Notes: generated by a model from the letters alone, not told the origin. DNA of 64,000 nt from Octopus sinensis (GCF_006345805.1 NC_043015.1:47988001-48052000), one strand, 5' to 3'; shown: positions 1-13,429, counted from the stretch's first letter. Numbers and translations are program-made.

Positions 1-10
1 GGTAGAAATA

Positions 11-409
11 GGATCTTTTCGGTTTGAACGGCAGTTTTTTCTAGCAGTGTCATATGAAATTGTCACCCATAATTATGACACTAGTATCGATCTATTGCAT
101 TTCAATCTGTTTTAGGGTTAGGGATATATTTTTTCTTCACAAATGTAAATAAACCCAATCTGTTTCTTAAACGAGGGACATATTCATACGGCACAGAATG
201 TTTTCACCTCAAAAAGATGTCATTGATTGGTTGAAATTGCAGAAATTGAAGAAAAAAAAACAACAAATATCTTACAAACTATAGAATTTTTTCAATAAAG
301 CCAAGAGAAAAAGATGTTTTATAAACACATTCTACCAGTATACGAAGTTTGAAAGTGTTTAGTTACCTAGAAATTATGTTAAAAACTGCCATTCAAACCG
401 AAAAGATCC
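11..409. mobile_element. MITE with GG-terminal TIRs and 8-bp TSD (Merlin-like)
   Basis: TIRs ggatcttttcggtttgaacggcagttttt / aaaaactgccattcaaaccgaaaagatcc; exact 8-bp direct repeat tagaaata at 3-10 and 410-417. Confidence 0.8.
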
Positions 410-464
410 TAGAAATATTATGGATTCAAATCCAAGTAAATTCTTTTTTTGTGAGTTTTTATAG

Positions 465-623
465 GAGAGCAACCTCATGGAGTTTCTTGAGGCTTACATG
501 ATGAAGCAATTCCCAGATGAGACTTTGAGGACTGAATGGTCTTATACGTTCTACTTCACACTAAAACAATTGTCGCCAATTAACAACTACGTCAAGCTTT
601 TCTGGAAAATACTTAACGAAGAG
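465..623 (+). CDS. TSNAXIP1: TSNAXIP1-like gene, internal exon A (ESNLMEFLEAYMMKQFPDETLRTEWSYTFYFTLKQLSPINNYVKLFWKILNEE)
   Basis: tttttatag acceptor, gt donor, 159 nt open, phase 0/0; resembles recalled TSNAXIP1 segment F..FL..RF.....AWAYT.....K......F...L. Confidence 0.6.
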
Positions 624-650
624 GTATAGCAATTTGTTATTTACAAACCA

Positions 651-1085
651 TCTTTTATCTTTTGCTTGCTTCAGTCACTGGACTGTGCCCATGCTGGGGC
701 ACCACATTGAAGGGTTTAGTTGAACAAGTTCCCTATTTATTTATCTTTTTAGAGCCTGGTACCCATTTCATTTGGTTTCTGTTGCTAAACTGCTAAGTTA
801 CAGGGACGTAAACAAACCAACACCGGTTGTCAAGTGATGGTGGAGAACAAACATATTGAAGACACAAAGACATACACATAGATATATGCATACATAAATA
901 TATATGTGTGTATTTATATAGAACAGACTTCTTTTAGTTTCCTCTTACCAAATCCACTCACAAGGTATTGGTCAGCCCAGGGCTATAGTAGAAGGTGCTT
1001 GCCCAGGGTTCCACACAGTGGGACTGAACTCAAGACCACATGGTTGGGAAGCAAACTTCTCAACCATACAGCTACACCTGTGCCT
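651..1085 (-). mobile_element. SINE family A, diverged copy; a partial second copy follows at ~1103-1335
   Basis: Similar to younger copies at 18800, 27859, 33398 and 43400; internal (TA/CA)n tract. Confidence 0.8.
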
Positions 1086-1422
1086 ATGCACAGGTTGTTT
1101 TAATTCTTTTATTCTTTTACTTGTTTCAGTCATTTGCCTACAGCCATACTGGAGCTCCGTCTTGAAGGGTTTTAGCTCAACAAATCAACCCCAGGACTTA
1201 TTTTTAAAGCCTAGTACTTATTGTATCAGTCTCTTTTGCTAAACCACTAAGTTACAAGGCGTAAACACAACACCAGTTGTCAAGCGGTGATGGCAGGGAC
1301 AAACACAGACACAGAGACATGCACACATAGATATAGACATATATATACAAAATAGTTAGTGAGAACGAAAAAGGCAATTCACAATTCAACATCCTTCTAA
1401 CTTGGGGCCAAAGGCAGCAAAT

Positions 1423-1870
1423 TCATCATCATCATTATCATCATCGTTTAGCGTCCGCTTTCCATGCTAGCATGGGTTGGACGGTTCAACTGGGGTCTGG
1501 GAAGCCAGAAGGCTGCACCAGGCCCAGTCTGATCTGGCAATGTTTCTACGGCTGGATGCCCTTCCTAACGCCAACCACTGCGTGAGTATAGTGGGTGCTT
1601 TTTACATGCCACCGGCACAGGTGCCAGACGAGGCTGGCAAACGGCCATGATCGGATGGTGCTTTTTACATGCCACTGGCATGAGGCCAGTCAGGGCAGCG
1701 CTGGCAACGGCCACGTTCGGATGGTTCTCTTACGTACCACCGGCACTGGTATCACAGCTGCAATTTCCATTGATGTTGATTGATTTCAATTTTGATTTGG
1801 ATTTGGGATTTGAGATTTTCACTTGCCTCAACAGGTCTTCACAAGTAGAGTTTTGTGTCCCAAGAAGGAA
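1423..1870 (-). mobile_element. SINE/non-autonomous retroelement family C with (GAT)n tail
   Basis: (cat)n-cgtttagcgtccgctttccatgctagcatgggttggacgg... near-identical to copies at 13700, 28857 and 35014. Confidence 0.8.
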
Positions 1871-2324
1871 AGACATAGAGAGAGGGAAGAGAGCAGTTAA
1901 TAAATTTAACTTCCATTCGTGTTGAATAATCAATGTTTAGATAAAACATCAACAATTTGCCTTGATACAAAACAACTGTAAAAGTGGGCAAGGTGAATAA
2001 AGTTTATTTTAAAATTACAGTGGTTAATACTGAACTACTTTCATGTTAAATCTACAAATTAAATAAATTAATTTAATTTAAATTTGTTACATACTACAAT
2101 CTTCAGTAGTATACTCCCATATTTACGAAAAATAAGTATAATTTAAAAATACATTTCCCTTTATTCATCCACTGCGATTCGTAATTCAAGGTACTCAAAT
2201 ATTTTCCCAAATAATTAGAGAGAAAGAAAAAGGCATGCTTTTTCTTTCACAATTCAACATCCTTCTAACTTTCCAGGGAAGCTAAGTTTCTTAACTGCTC
2301 TCCTCCCTCTCTCTATGTACATAT

Positions 2325-2724
2325 ATATATTATATAAAATCCGTTTGGTCTGTGTGCGTCTTCTAGGATCTCGGGCATCCTCCATCAGATTGCACTCAAT
2401 TTTGATATGTAGATACCAATGGTATCAGGGCGTGTATGAGTCTTGAAAAAATTACAAAAATCGATTCCAGGTGAGAATGCAATCGATAAAGCCATGGAAA
2501 CATGCATTTGTATGCACAAATACATCAGTTGTACGTGAGTAAAATGCAGATGCAGCTTGCACAAAAAAAGCCGGCCTGTTTGGTGTCTCAAATTTAGGTT
2601 AAATCAGTGTTTCTCAAAGGGGAGGCCTATGGGACGGTTGGACAAGTTGCTTTGAGAAAATTTGGTTTAAATGGTTAACAACTCAGCACCGTCCATTGGA
2701 CGGGGGGGGGTGCGTTTTGCTCGT
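2325..2724 (+). mobile_element. Probable non-autonomous Helitron remnant
   Basis: 5' tatataaaat...gtctgtgtgcgtc start; subterminal hairpin ccgtccattggacgg followed by ctcg (degenerate CTAG). Confidence 0.4.
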
Positions 2725-2737
2725 ATATATATATATA

Positions 2738-2991
2738 TTAGAATAGAAGATCTGAAATCCACCTGATGAATGTCCTGAGAAGAGACATGAAACAATTGTA
2801 GTGGCGAATATAATTTTATTTAATTTATATTAAAATTTTTTTATGTATTGGATTAAGTCTTTCTTTGTTTGATTTGCAAAATAGTGGTTTTGTCTCTAAT
2901 TAATATTATATAATATTTTACTATAAAATTGGATTCAATCCTAAATCTGATTTTCTCTGTAAATTTGGATTTATTCCCTAATATTTATTAT

Positions 2992-2995
<4 letters not shown>
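2738..2995 (+). mobile_element. Penelope-like pLTR fragment between (TA)n tracts
   Basis: Contains the hammerhead; 3' part (atagtggttttgtctcta...cctaaatct...gtaaatttggat) is shared with 13285-13380; flanked by (TA)n. Confidence 0.6.
2759..2804 (+). ncRNA. Minimal type I hammerhead ribozyme motif, canonical core (Penelope-type)
   Basis: ccac-CUGAUGA-auguc[cugagaaga]gacau-GAA-ACAAUUGU-A-gugg: stems I and II pair perfectly, palindromic stem III, GUA cleavage triplet. Confidence 0.85.
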
Positions 2996-3050
<55 letters not shown>

Positions 3051-3835
3051 CTTCTTTCAGTTTCTGCCTACGAAATCCACTCACAAGCCTTTGGTTTGAT
3101 CAAGGCTATAGTAGAAGTCTAATGGAGTTAATTATCAGTTATTGGAAATATGTTCTAAAATTATAAAGAAAATTTATTACGTCCTATAAAAAATAGCTTC
3201 CAAATTTCTAAGCCAGAATTCGAAACCACATCTACATTTTTCTATTGTTCTCACCTGTTGCACTAAGAAATTTATGAGAGTAAACTGACCTCTCAGCCTT
3301 ATTTGAGTCAAACGTGGGTCAAGGCTGATTAGAGAGGAAAAATCCTTTATCTATTCTGAACTAGTTTAGTTAGAGAAATTATAGATATGCAACCATAAAT
3401 CAGTTTTCTCTTTGGTTGCTCAGCCTCTGGGCAAAGAGCATCCCTTTTTCTTCCTTCATCTGGTGCTGATGGGGCATACAACCCTTATGCAAGGGACAAC
3501 ACAGTTTTACACTTTCTATTTGACTAAACTCTGTTACCCTTTCTCTCTCTAGTAGTAACCATGGATGAACCTAACTATTTATAACCCCAAGTAATTGTAA
3601 CTTACTTTGTAATTATGACAATAATATATTAAGGATCATTTCAACTAACGATTTATATCTTCTCTCATTTATTCGCTGCATATCATCATTACACATAGTT
3701 GTTATAATTGGTGATCTTCAATATTTATAAACTGTTAAAATTGGATCTTACACTTAACCATTACAAATTGGTGACTTCTGACATTCATTAACTGTTACAT
3801 TCCTAAAGAAATTTAATGTAAATCTATTTCAACAG

Positions 3836-4063
3836 ATAGAAGAAAGTGTCCACCATTGTCAAGAAATATTCACAAGAACTTTGGAGGGCCATTGTCGTAC
3901 AAATCGTAGGCCTGAAGCCAAATATATCTCCAAAGCAGAATTCCACATACTTTTAGAAGAATTTTTGAAAGGAACAAAAGCAGATTTTATTACATCATTA
4001 GTTGACAAAGCTGCTACACAATTAGAAAGTGATAAAATTTATATAGAAAAATTGCTACACGAG
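3836..4063 (+). CDS. TSNAXIP1: TSNAXIP1-like exon B (IEESVHHCQEIFTRTLEGHCRTNRRPEAKYISKAEFHILLEEFLKGTKADFITSLVDKAATQLESDKIYIEKLLHE)
   Basis: ttcaacag acceptor, gtaatt donor, 228 nt, phase 0/0; in frame with ORF 3881-4117. Confidence 0.65.
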
Positions 4064-4125
4064 GTAATTATTGCTATTAACAATAACAATATTGTTATAA
4101 AACTTTTATTACACTAGTTGTGCTG

Positions 4126-7100
4126 TTCAATCATCTCAAAATAACCTTCTTCAATCATCTCAAATAACCTTCTTCAATCATTTCAAAATAACCTTCTTCA
4201 ATCATCTCAAATAACCTTCTTCAATAATCTCAAAATAACCTTCTTCAATCATTTCAAAATAACCTTCTTCAATAATCTCAAAATAACCTTCTTCAATCAT
4301 TTCAAAATAACCTTCTTCAATCATTTCAAAATAACCTTCTTTAATCATTTCAGAATAACCTTCTTTAATCATTTCAGAATAACCTTCTTCAATCATTTCA
4401 AAATAACCTTCTTTAATTATATCAGAATAACCTTCTGCAATAATCTCAAAATAACCTTCTTCAATCATCTCAAATAACCTTATTCAATAATCTCAAAATA
4501 ACCTTCTTCAATCATTTCAGAATAACCTTCTTCAATCATCTCAAATAACCTTCTTCAATCATTTCAGAATAACCTTCTTCAATCATTTCAGAATAACCTT
4601 CTTCAATCATTTCAGAATAACCTTCTTCAATAATCTCAAAAAAACCTTCTTTAATCATTTCAAAATAACTTTCTTTAATCATTTCAAAATAACCTTCTTT
4701 AATCATTTCAGAATAACCTTCTTCAATAATCTCAAAATAACCTTCTTCAATCATTTCAAAATAACCTTCTTCAATCATTTCAAAATAACCTTCTTTAATC
4801 ATTTCAGAATAACCTTCTTTAATCATTTCAGAATAACCTTCTTCAATCATTTCAAAATAACCTTCTTTAATCATATCAGAATAACCTTCTGCAATAATCT
4901 CAAAATAACCTTCTTCAATCATCTCAAATAACCTTATTCAATAATCTCAAAATAACCTTCTTCAATCATTTCAGAATAACCTTCTTCAATCATTTCAAAA
5001 AAACCTTCTTTAATCATTTCAAAATAACCTTCTTCAATCATCTCAAATAACCTTCTTCAATCATTTCAGAATAACCTTCTTCAATCATTTCAGAATAACC
5101 TTCTTCAATCATTTCAGAATAACCTTCTTCAATAATCTCAAAAAAAACCCTCTTTAATATCATTAAAAATGACCTTCTTCAATCATTTCAAAATAACCTT
5201 CTTCAATCATTTCAGAATAACCTTCTTAAATCATTTCAGAATAACCTTCTTCAATCATTTCAGAATAACCTTCTTCAATCATTCAAATAATAACCTTCTC
5301 AATCATTTCAAAATAACTTTCTTCAATCATTTCAGAATAACCTTCTTCAATCATTTCAAAATAACCTTCTTTAATCATTTCAGAATAACCTTCTTCAATA
5401 TATCATTCAGAATACCTTCTTCAATCATTTCAGAATAACTTTCTTAATAATCTATTTCAGAATAACCTTCTTCAATCATTTCAAAATAACCTTCTTTAAT
5501 CATTTAAGAATAACCTTCTTCAATCATTTCAGAATAACCTTCTTCACATCATTTCAGAATAACCTTCTGCAATCATTCAGAATAACCTTCTTCAATCATT
5601 TCAGAATAACCTTCTGCAATCATTTCAGAATAACCTTCTTCAATCATTTCAAAATACCTTCTTATTTAATCATTTCAGAATAACCTCTTCAATCATTTCA
5701 GAATAACCTTCTTCAATCATTTCAGAATAACCTTCTGCAATCATTTCAGAATACCTTCTTCAATCATTTCAAAATAACCATCTTTAATCATTTCAGAATA
5801 ACCTTCTTCAATCATTTCAGAATAACCTTCTGCAATCATTTCAGAATAACCTTCTTCAATCATTTCAAAATAACCTTCTTTAATCATTTCAGAATAACCT
5901 TCTTCAATCATTTCAGAATAACCTTCTTCAATCATCTCAAATAACCTACTTCAATCATTTCAAATAACCTTCTCAATCATCTCAAATAACCTCTTCAATA
6001 ATCTCAAAATAAACCTTTTTCAATCATTTCAAAATAACCTTCTTCAATAATCTCAAAATAACCTTCTTCAATCATTTCAAAATAACCTTCTTAATCATTT
6101 CAAAATAACCTCTGTAATCATTTCAGAATAACCTTCTTTAATCATTTCAGAATAACCTTCTTCAATCATTTCAAAATAACCTTCTTTAATCATATCAGAA
6201 TAACCTTCTGCAATAATCTCAAAATAACCTTCTTCAATCATCTCAAATAACCTTCTTCAATCATTTCAGAATAACTCTTTCAATCATTCAGAATAACCTT
6301 CTTCAATCATTTCAAAATAACCTTCTTTAATCATTTCAAAATGACCTTCTTTAATCACTTCAGAATAACCTTCTGCAATCATTTCAGATATAACCTTCTT
6401 CAATCATTTCAGAATAACCTTCTTCAATCATTCAGAATAACCTTCTTCAATCATTTCAGAATAACCTCTTCAATCATTTCAGAATAACCTTCTGCAATCA
6501 TTTCAGAATAACCTTCTTCAATCATTTCAAAGTAACCTCTCTTAATCATATCAGAATAACCTTCTGCAATAATCTCAAAATAACCTTCTTCAATCATCTC
6601 AAATAACCTTCTTCAATCATTTCAAAATACCTTCTTCAATCATCTCAAATAACCTTCTTCAATCATTTCAGAATAACCTTCTTCAATCATTTCAAAATAA
6701 CCTTCTTTAATCATATCAGAATAACCTTCTGCAATAATCTCAAAATAACTTCTTCAATCATCTCAAAATAACCTTATTCAATAATCTCAAAATACCTTCT
6801 TCAATCATTTCAGAATAACCTTCTTCAATAATCTCAAAAAAACCTTCTTTAATCATTTCAAAATACCTTCTTCAATCATTTCAAAATAACCTTCTTCAAT
6901 CATTTCAGAATAACCTTCTTCAATCATTTCAGAATAACCTCTTCAATCATTTCAAAAAACCTTCTTCAATCATTTCAAATAACCTTCTTCAATCATTCAG
7001 AATAACCTTCTTCAATCATTTCAAAATAACCATCTTTAATCATTTCAGAATAACCTTCTTCAATCATTTCAGAATAACCTACTGCAATCATTTCAGAATA

Positions 7101-10100
7101 ACCTTCTTTAATCATTTCAGAATAACCTTCTTCAATCATTTCAAAATAACCTTCTTTAATCATTTAAGAATAACCTTCTTCAATCATTTCAGAATAACCT
7201 TCTTCAATCATTTCAGAATAACCTTCTGCAATCATTTCAGAATAACCTTCTTCAATCATTTCAGAATAACCTTCTGCAATCATTTCAGAATAACCTTCTT
7301 CAATCATTTCAAAATAATCTTCTTTAATCATTTCAGAATAACCTTCTTCAATCATTTCAGAATAACCTTCTTCAATCATTTCAGAATAACCTTATGCAAT
7401 CATTTCAGAATAACCTTCTTCAATCATTTCAAAATAACCATCTTTAATCATTTCAGAATAACCTTCTTCAATCATTTCAGAATAACCTTCTGCAATCATT
7501 TCAGAATAACCTTCTTCAATCATTTCAAAATAACCTTCTTTAATCATTTCAGAATAACCTTCTTCAATCATTTCAGAATAACCTTCTTCAATCATCTCAA
7601 ATAACCTTCTTCAATAATCTCAAAATAACCTTCTTCAATCATTTCAGAATAACCTTCTTCAATAATCTCAAAAAAACCTTCTTTAATCATTTCAAAATAA
7701 CTTTCTTTAATCATTTCAAAATAACCTTCTTTAATCATTTCAGAATAACCTTCTTCAATAATCTCAAAATAACCTTCTTCAATCATTTCAAATAACCTTC
7801 TTCAATCATTTCAAAATAACCTTCTTTAATCATTTCAGAATAACCTTCTTTAATCATTTCAGAATAACCTTCTTCAATCATTTCAAAATAACCTTCTTTA
7901 ATCATATCAGAATAACCTTCTGCAATAATCTCAAAATAACCTTCTTCAATCATCTCAAATAACCTTATTCAATAATCTCAAAATAACCTTCTTCAATCAT
8001 TTCAGAATAACCTTCTTCAATAATCTCAAAAAAACCTTCTTTAATCATTTCAAAATGACCTTCTTCAATCATTTCAAAATAACCTTCTTCAATCATTTCA
8101 GAATAACCTTCTTCAATCATTTCAGAATAACCTTCTTCAATCATTTCAAAATAACCTTCTTCAATCATTTCAAAATAACCTTCTTCAATCATTTCAGAAT
8201 AACCTTCTTCAATCATTTCAAAATAACCTTCTTTAATCATTTCAGAATAACCTTCTTCAATCATTTCAGAATAACCTTCTTCAATCATTTCAGAATAACC
8301 TTCTTTAATCATTTCAGAATAACCTTCTTCAATCATTTCAAAATAACCTTCTTTAATCATTTAAGAATAACCTTCTTCAATCATTTCAGAATAACCTTCT
8401 TCAATCATTTCAGAATAACCTTCTGCAATCATTTCAGAATAACCTTCTTCAATCATTTCAGAATAACCTTCTGCAATCATTTCAGAATAACCTTCTTCAA
8501 TCATTTCAAAATAACCTTCTTTAATCATTTCAGAATAACCTTCTTCAATCATTTCAGAATAACCTTCTTCAATCATTTCAGAATAACCTTATGCAATCAT
8601 TTCAGAATAACCTTCTTCAATCATTTCAAAATAACCATCTTTAATCATTTCAGAATAACCTTCTTCAATCATTTCAGAATAACCTTCTGCAATCATTTCA
8701 GAATAACCTTCTTCAATCATTTCAAAATAACCTTCTTTAATCATTTCAGAATAACCTTCTTCAATCATTTCAGAATAACCTTCTTCAATCATCTCAAATA
8801 ACCTACTTCAATCATTTCAAAATAACCTTCTTCAATCATCTCAAATAACCTTCTTCAATAATCTCAAAATAACCTTCTTCAATCATTTCAAAATAACCTT
8901 CTTCAATAATCTCAAAATAACCTTCTTCAATCATTTCAAAATAACCTTCTTCAATCATTTCAAATAACCTTCTTTAATCATTTCAGAATAACTTCTTTAA
9001 TCATTTCAGAATAACCTCTTCAATCATTTCAAAATAACCTTCTTTAATCATATCAGAATAACCTTCTGCAATAATCTCAAAATAACCTTCTTCAATCATC
9101 TCAAAATAACCTTATTCAATAATCTCAAAATAACCTTCTTCAATCATTTCAGAATAACCTTCTTCAATCATTTCAAAAAACCTTCTTAATCATTTCAAAA
9201 TGACCTTCTTCAATCATCTCAAATAACCTTCTTCAATCATTTCAGAATAACCTTCTTCAATCATTTCAGAATAACCTTCTTCAATCATTTCAAAATAACC
9301 TTCTTTAATCATTTCAAAATGACCTTCTTTAATCATTTCAGAATAACCTTCTTCAATCATTTCAAAATAACCTTCTTCAATCATTTCAGAATAACCTTCT
9401 GCAATCATTTCAGAATAACCTTCTTCAATCATTTCAGAATAACCTTCTTCAATCATTTCAGAATAGCCTTCTTCAATCATTTCAGAATAACCTTCTGCAA
9501 TCATTTCAGAATAACCTTCTTCAATCATTTCAAAGTAACCTTCTTTAATCATATCAGAATAACCTTCTGCAATAATCTCAAAATAACCTTCTTCAATCAT
9601 CTCAAATAACCTTCTTCAATCATTTCAAAATAACCTTCTTTAATCATATCAGAATAACTTTCTGCAATAATCTCAAAATAACCTTCTTCAATCATCTCAA
9701 ATAACCTTCTTCAATCATTTCAGAATAACCTTCTTCAATCATTTCAAAAAAACCTTCTTAATCATTTCAAAATGACCTTCTTCAATCATCTCAATAACCT
9801 TCTTCAATCATTTCAGAATAACCTTCTTCAATCATTTCAGAATAACCTTCTTCAATCATTTCAAAATAACCTTCTTTAATCATTTCAAAATGACCTTCTT
9901 TAATCATTTCAGAATAACCTTCTTCAATCATTTCAAAATAACCTTCTTCAATCATTCAGAATAACCTTCTGCAATCATTTCAGAATAACCTTCTTCAATC
10001 ATTTCAGAATAACCTTCTTCAATCATTTCAGAATAGCCTTCTTCAATCATTTCAGAATAACCTTCTGCAATCATTTCAGATAACCTTCTTCAATCATTTC

Positions 10101-11286
10101 AAAGTAACCTTCTTTAATCATATCAGAATAACCTTCTGCAATAATCTCAAAATAACCTTCTTCAATCATCTCAAATAACCTTCTTCAATCATTTCAAAAT
10201 AACCTTCTTTAATCATATCAGAATAACTTTCTGCAATAATCTCAAAATAACCTTCTTCAATCATCTCAAATAACCTTCTTCAATCATTTCAGAATAACCT
10301 TCTTCAATCATTTCAAAAAAACCTTCTTTAATCATTTCAAAATAACCTTCTTCAATCATCTCAAATAACCTTCTTCAATCATTTCAGAATAACCTTCTTC
10401 AATAATCTCAAAAAAACCTTCTTTAATCATTTCAAAATGACCTTCTTCAATCATTTCAAAATAACCTTCTTCAATCATTTCAGAATAACTTTCTTTAATC
10501 ATTTCAGAATAACCTTCTTCAATCAATTCAAAATAACCTTCTTTAATCATATCAGAATAACCTTCTGTAATAATCTCAAAATAACCTTCTTCAATCATTT
10601 CAGAATAACCTTATTCAATAATCTCAAAATAACCTTCTTCAATCATTTCAGAATAACCTTCTTCAATCATTTCAAAAAAACCTTCTTTAATCATTTCAAA
10701 ATGACCTTCTTCAATCATTTCAAAATAACCTTCTTCAATCATTTCAGAATAACCTTCTTCAATCATTTCAGAATAACCTTCTTCAATCATTTCAGAATAA
10801 CCTTCTTCAATCATTTCAAAATAACTTTCTTTAATCATTTCAAAATAACCTTCTTTAATCATTTCAGAATAACCTTCTTCAATCATTTCAAAATAACCTT
10901 CTTCAATCATTTCAGAATAACCTTCTGCAATCATTTCAGAATAACCTTCTTCAATCATTTCAGAATAACCTTCGTCAATCATTTCAGAATAACCTTCTTC
11001 AATCATTTCAGAATAACCTTCTTCAATCATTTCAGAATAACCTTCTTCAATCATTTCAGAATAACCTTCTGCAATCATTTCAGAATAACCTTCTTCAATC
11101 ATTTCAAAATAACCTTCTTTAATCATTTCAGAATAACCTTCTTCAATCATTTCAGAATAACCTTCTTCAATCATTTCAAAATAACCTTCTTTAATCATTT
11201 CAGAATAACCTTCTTCAATCATTTCAGAATAACCTTCTTCAATCATCTCAGAAAAACCTTCTTCAATCATCTCAAAATAACCATCT
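4126..11286. repeat. 24-bp tandem satellite (ataaccttcttcaatcatttcaga)n, ~300 copies, intronic
   Basis: Directly visible; 23/24-bp variants; translates as ITFFNHFR (+) and MIEEGYSE (-). Confidence 0.98.
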
Positions 11287-11516
11287 TATTTATTATGACT
11301 TGTGATTTATAAAACCATCTTGTAGGCAATCATCATCATCATCATCATCATTTTTGTGCCCACTTTTCCAAGCTTCTCTGCATCAGTTGTAGTTTTTTTA
11401 GGCAGATTTTTCTGTGCCTTCATGCCCTTCTTGTTGACTACCCCTACCTGTTCCTTCTAAGCAAGGCAATATTTCTCCATGACCAGATATTAGAAATGTA
11501 TTAGAAATGAATGGTA

Positions 11517-11902
11517 GATGGAAGCACTCCGTTGGTTACAACGATGAGGGTTCCAGTTGATCCGAATCAACGGAACAGCCTGCTCGTGAAATTAACGTGT
11601 AAGTGGCTGAGCACTCCACAGACACGTGCACCCTTAATGTAGTTCTCGGGGATATTCAGCGTGACACAGAGAGTGACAAGGCCGGCCCCTTGAAATACAG
11701 GTACAACAGAAACAGGAAGTAAGAGTGAGAGAAAGTTGTGGTGAAAGAGTACAGCAGGGATCACCACCATCCCCTGCTGGAGCCTCGTGGAGCTTTTAGG
11801 TGTTTTCGCTCAATAAACACTCACAACGCCCGGTCTGGGAATCGAAACCGCGATCCTACGACCGTGAGTCCGCTGCCCTAACCACTGGGCCATTGTGCCT
11901 CC
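11517..11902 (-). mobile_element. tRNA-derived SINE family D (tRNA-Arg-like head)
   Basis: Minus-strand head ggaggcacaatggcccagtggttagggcagcggactcacggtcgtaggatcgcggtttcgattcc with A/B boxes; flanking direct repeat aaatgaatggta. Confidence 0.8.
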
Positions 11903-12108
11903 GAAAAATGAATGGTACTGCCTATATAACAGTGACACTCATTTACAACTACATGCACACACACACACACCAGGTTTGTTTCAGCTTCTGTCTATGAAAT
12001 CCACTTACTGAAGCTATTTCTAAATAATAACAATGTTATTTAACTATGTTAGAAATATCAAGTCATACAATGATATTTCATGGTAATATCTCTTTGTTAT
12101 CTAAATAG

Positions 12109-12212
12109 ACTGCAGAAGGAGAAATCGGTCCATTCTTGAGTTCCATTAGAGAGTGGCTGAGAAGAGCTTGGAAGAATTACATTGAAAATATTTCCAAGAT
12201 AATTGACATCAA
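12109..12212 (+). CDS. TSNAXIP1: TSNAXIP1-like exon C (TAEGEIGPFLSSIREWLRRAWKNYIENISKIIDI-K)
   Basis: ctaaatag acceptor, gtaagt donor, 104 nt, phase 0/2; resembles recalled TSNAXIP1 DEEG...PF motif. Confidence 0.65.
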
Positions 12213-12224
12213 GTAAGTCAACAA

Positions 12225-12440
12225 CTTTACTCTTTTACCTGTTTCAGTCATTTGACTGTGGCCATGCTGGAGCACTGCCTTTTTGTCGAGAAAATCAACC
12301 CCAGGACTTATTCTTTGTAAGCCTAGTACTTATTCTATCGGTCTCTTTTGCCGAACCGCTAAGTTACGAGGACGTAAACACACCAGCATTGGTTGTCAAG
12401 CAATGTTGGGCGGGGGACAAATACAGACACAAACACACAT

Positions 12441-12475
<35 letters not shown>

Positions 12476-12560
12476 CATACATATGTACGACGAGCTTCTT
12501 TCAGTTTCCGTCTACCAAATCCACTCACAAGGCTTTAGTTGGCCTGAGGCTATAGTAGAA
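12225..12560 (-). mobile_element. SINE family A, truncated at the Penelope-like inverted repeat
   Basis: High similarity to other family A copies; ends at ctatagtagaa. Confidence 0.85.
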
Positions 12561-12566
12561 AACACA

Positions 12567-13124
12567 ACGCTAGATATAGATCCGCAAAGGGAATCCACCA
12601 CTAAAGAATTGTTCTCAAGCATTAATTCAACACGCCAAGAATGTAAGCGGGCAGGACAAATGAAAAATAACGAAAAAATAGATTAACTCTATACAATTGT
12701 TTCATCGTTAATAGATTGTGTAATTTTACTTACTTAATCATTTTCGAATCTTCAGTAGAGTATATCAAAAATATAATTTGCTGAACCGAACGCCAAAATC
12801 CATACGAAGCCGAGCAAAGGCAAACGGCACAGCCAATTATATTTGCAGTTACGTTCAAATATCCTCATTTCTGGCGCGTTGAAAATATCGGATGTAAATA
12901 ATACCCCAGTAATTTACTGCCGGTTTGAGAACATATTAAGATTCGAAAATGATTAAGTAAGTAAAATTACACAATCTATTAACGATGAAACAATTGTATG
13001 GAGTTAATCTATTTTTTCGTTATTTTTCATTTGTCCTGCCTGCTTACATTCTTGGCATGTTGAATTAATGCTTGAGAACAATTCTTTAGTGGTGGATTCC
13101 CTTTGCGGATCTATATCTAGCGTT
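12567..13124. mobile_element. Penelope-like inverted pLTR structure (~187-bp arms, ~185-bp spacer)
   Basis: 12567-12752 is the reverse complement of ~12938-13124 with few mismatches; carries a hammerhead. Confidence 0.75.
12686..12761 (-). ncRNA. Minimal hammerhead ribozyme motif with expanded stem II region
   Basis: Minus strand acucua-CUGAAGA-uucg...cgau-GAA-ACAAUUGU-A-uagagu; 6-bp stem I, palindromic stem III, GUA triplet; stem II weak. Confidence 0.7.
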
Positions 13125-13204
13125 AGAGTGATCACATGTGGTCTCTCTCTTATTACTTGTATTATATATATATATATAATATATATATATATATAAATAA
13201 ATTA

Positions 13205-13306
13205 AAGTAGAGATAAAACCACTATTAGGCAACTCAAACAGTGATAGACATAAATGTTTATGTCTATCACTGTTTGAGTTGCCTAATAGTGGTTTTATCT
13301 CTACTT
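13205..13306. repeat. Perfect 50-bp-arm palindrome (2-nt loop), Penelope pLTR-related
   Basis: aagtagagataaaacc...gatagacataaa-tg-tttatgtctatc...ggttttatctctactt. Confidence 0.9.
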
Positions 13307-13374
13307 AAATTTATATTTATACTGTGAAATTTGATTTAATCCTAAATCTAATTTTTCCCTGTAAGTTTGGATAT

Positions 13375-13421
<47 letters not shown>

Positions 13422-13429
13422 CATAAATA

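Noticed and set aside
1370-2271. Direct repeat ttcacaattcaacatccttctaactt ~870 bp apart
   Set aside because: Short and probably a local duplication or repair scar; no element boundaries could be tied to it
5150-7020. Indel-rich satellite segment as a biologically older domain
   Set aside because: Scattered single-base indels look like long-read consensus error; cannot be separated from true divergence without reads
4126-11312. Repeat ORFs (MIEEGYSE)n and (ITFFNHFR)n as protein-coding genes
   Set aside because: By-products of a 24-bp unit; recurrent 23-bp units shift frame; no splice or start context; lies in an intron
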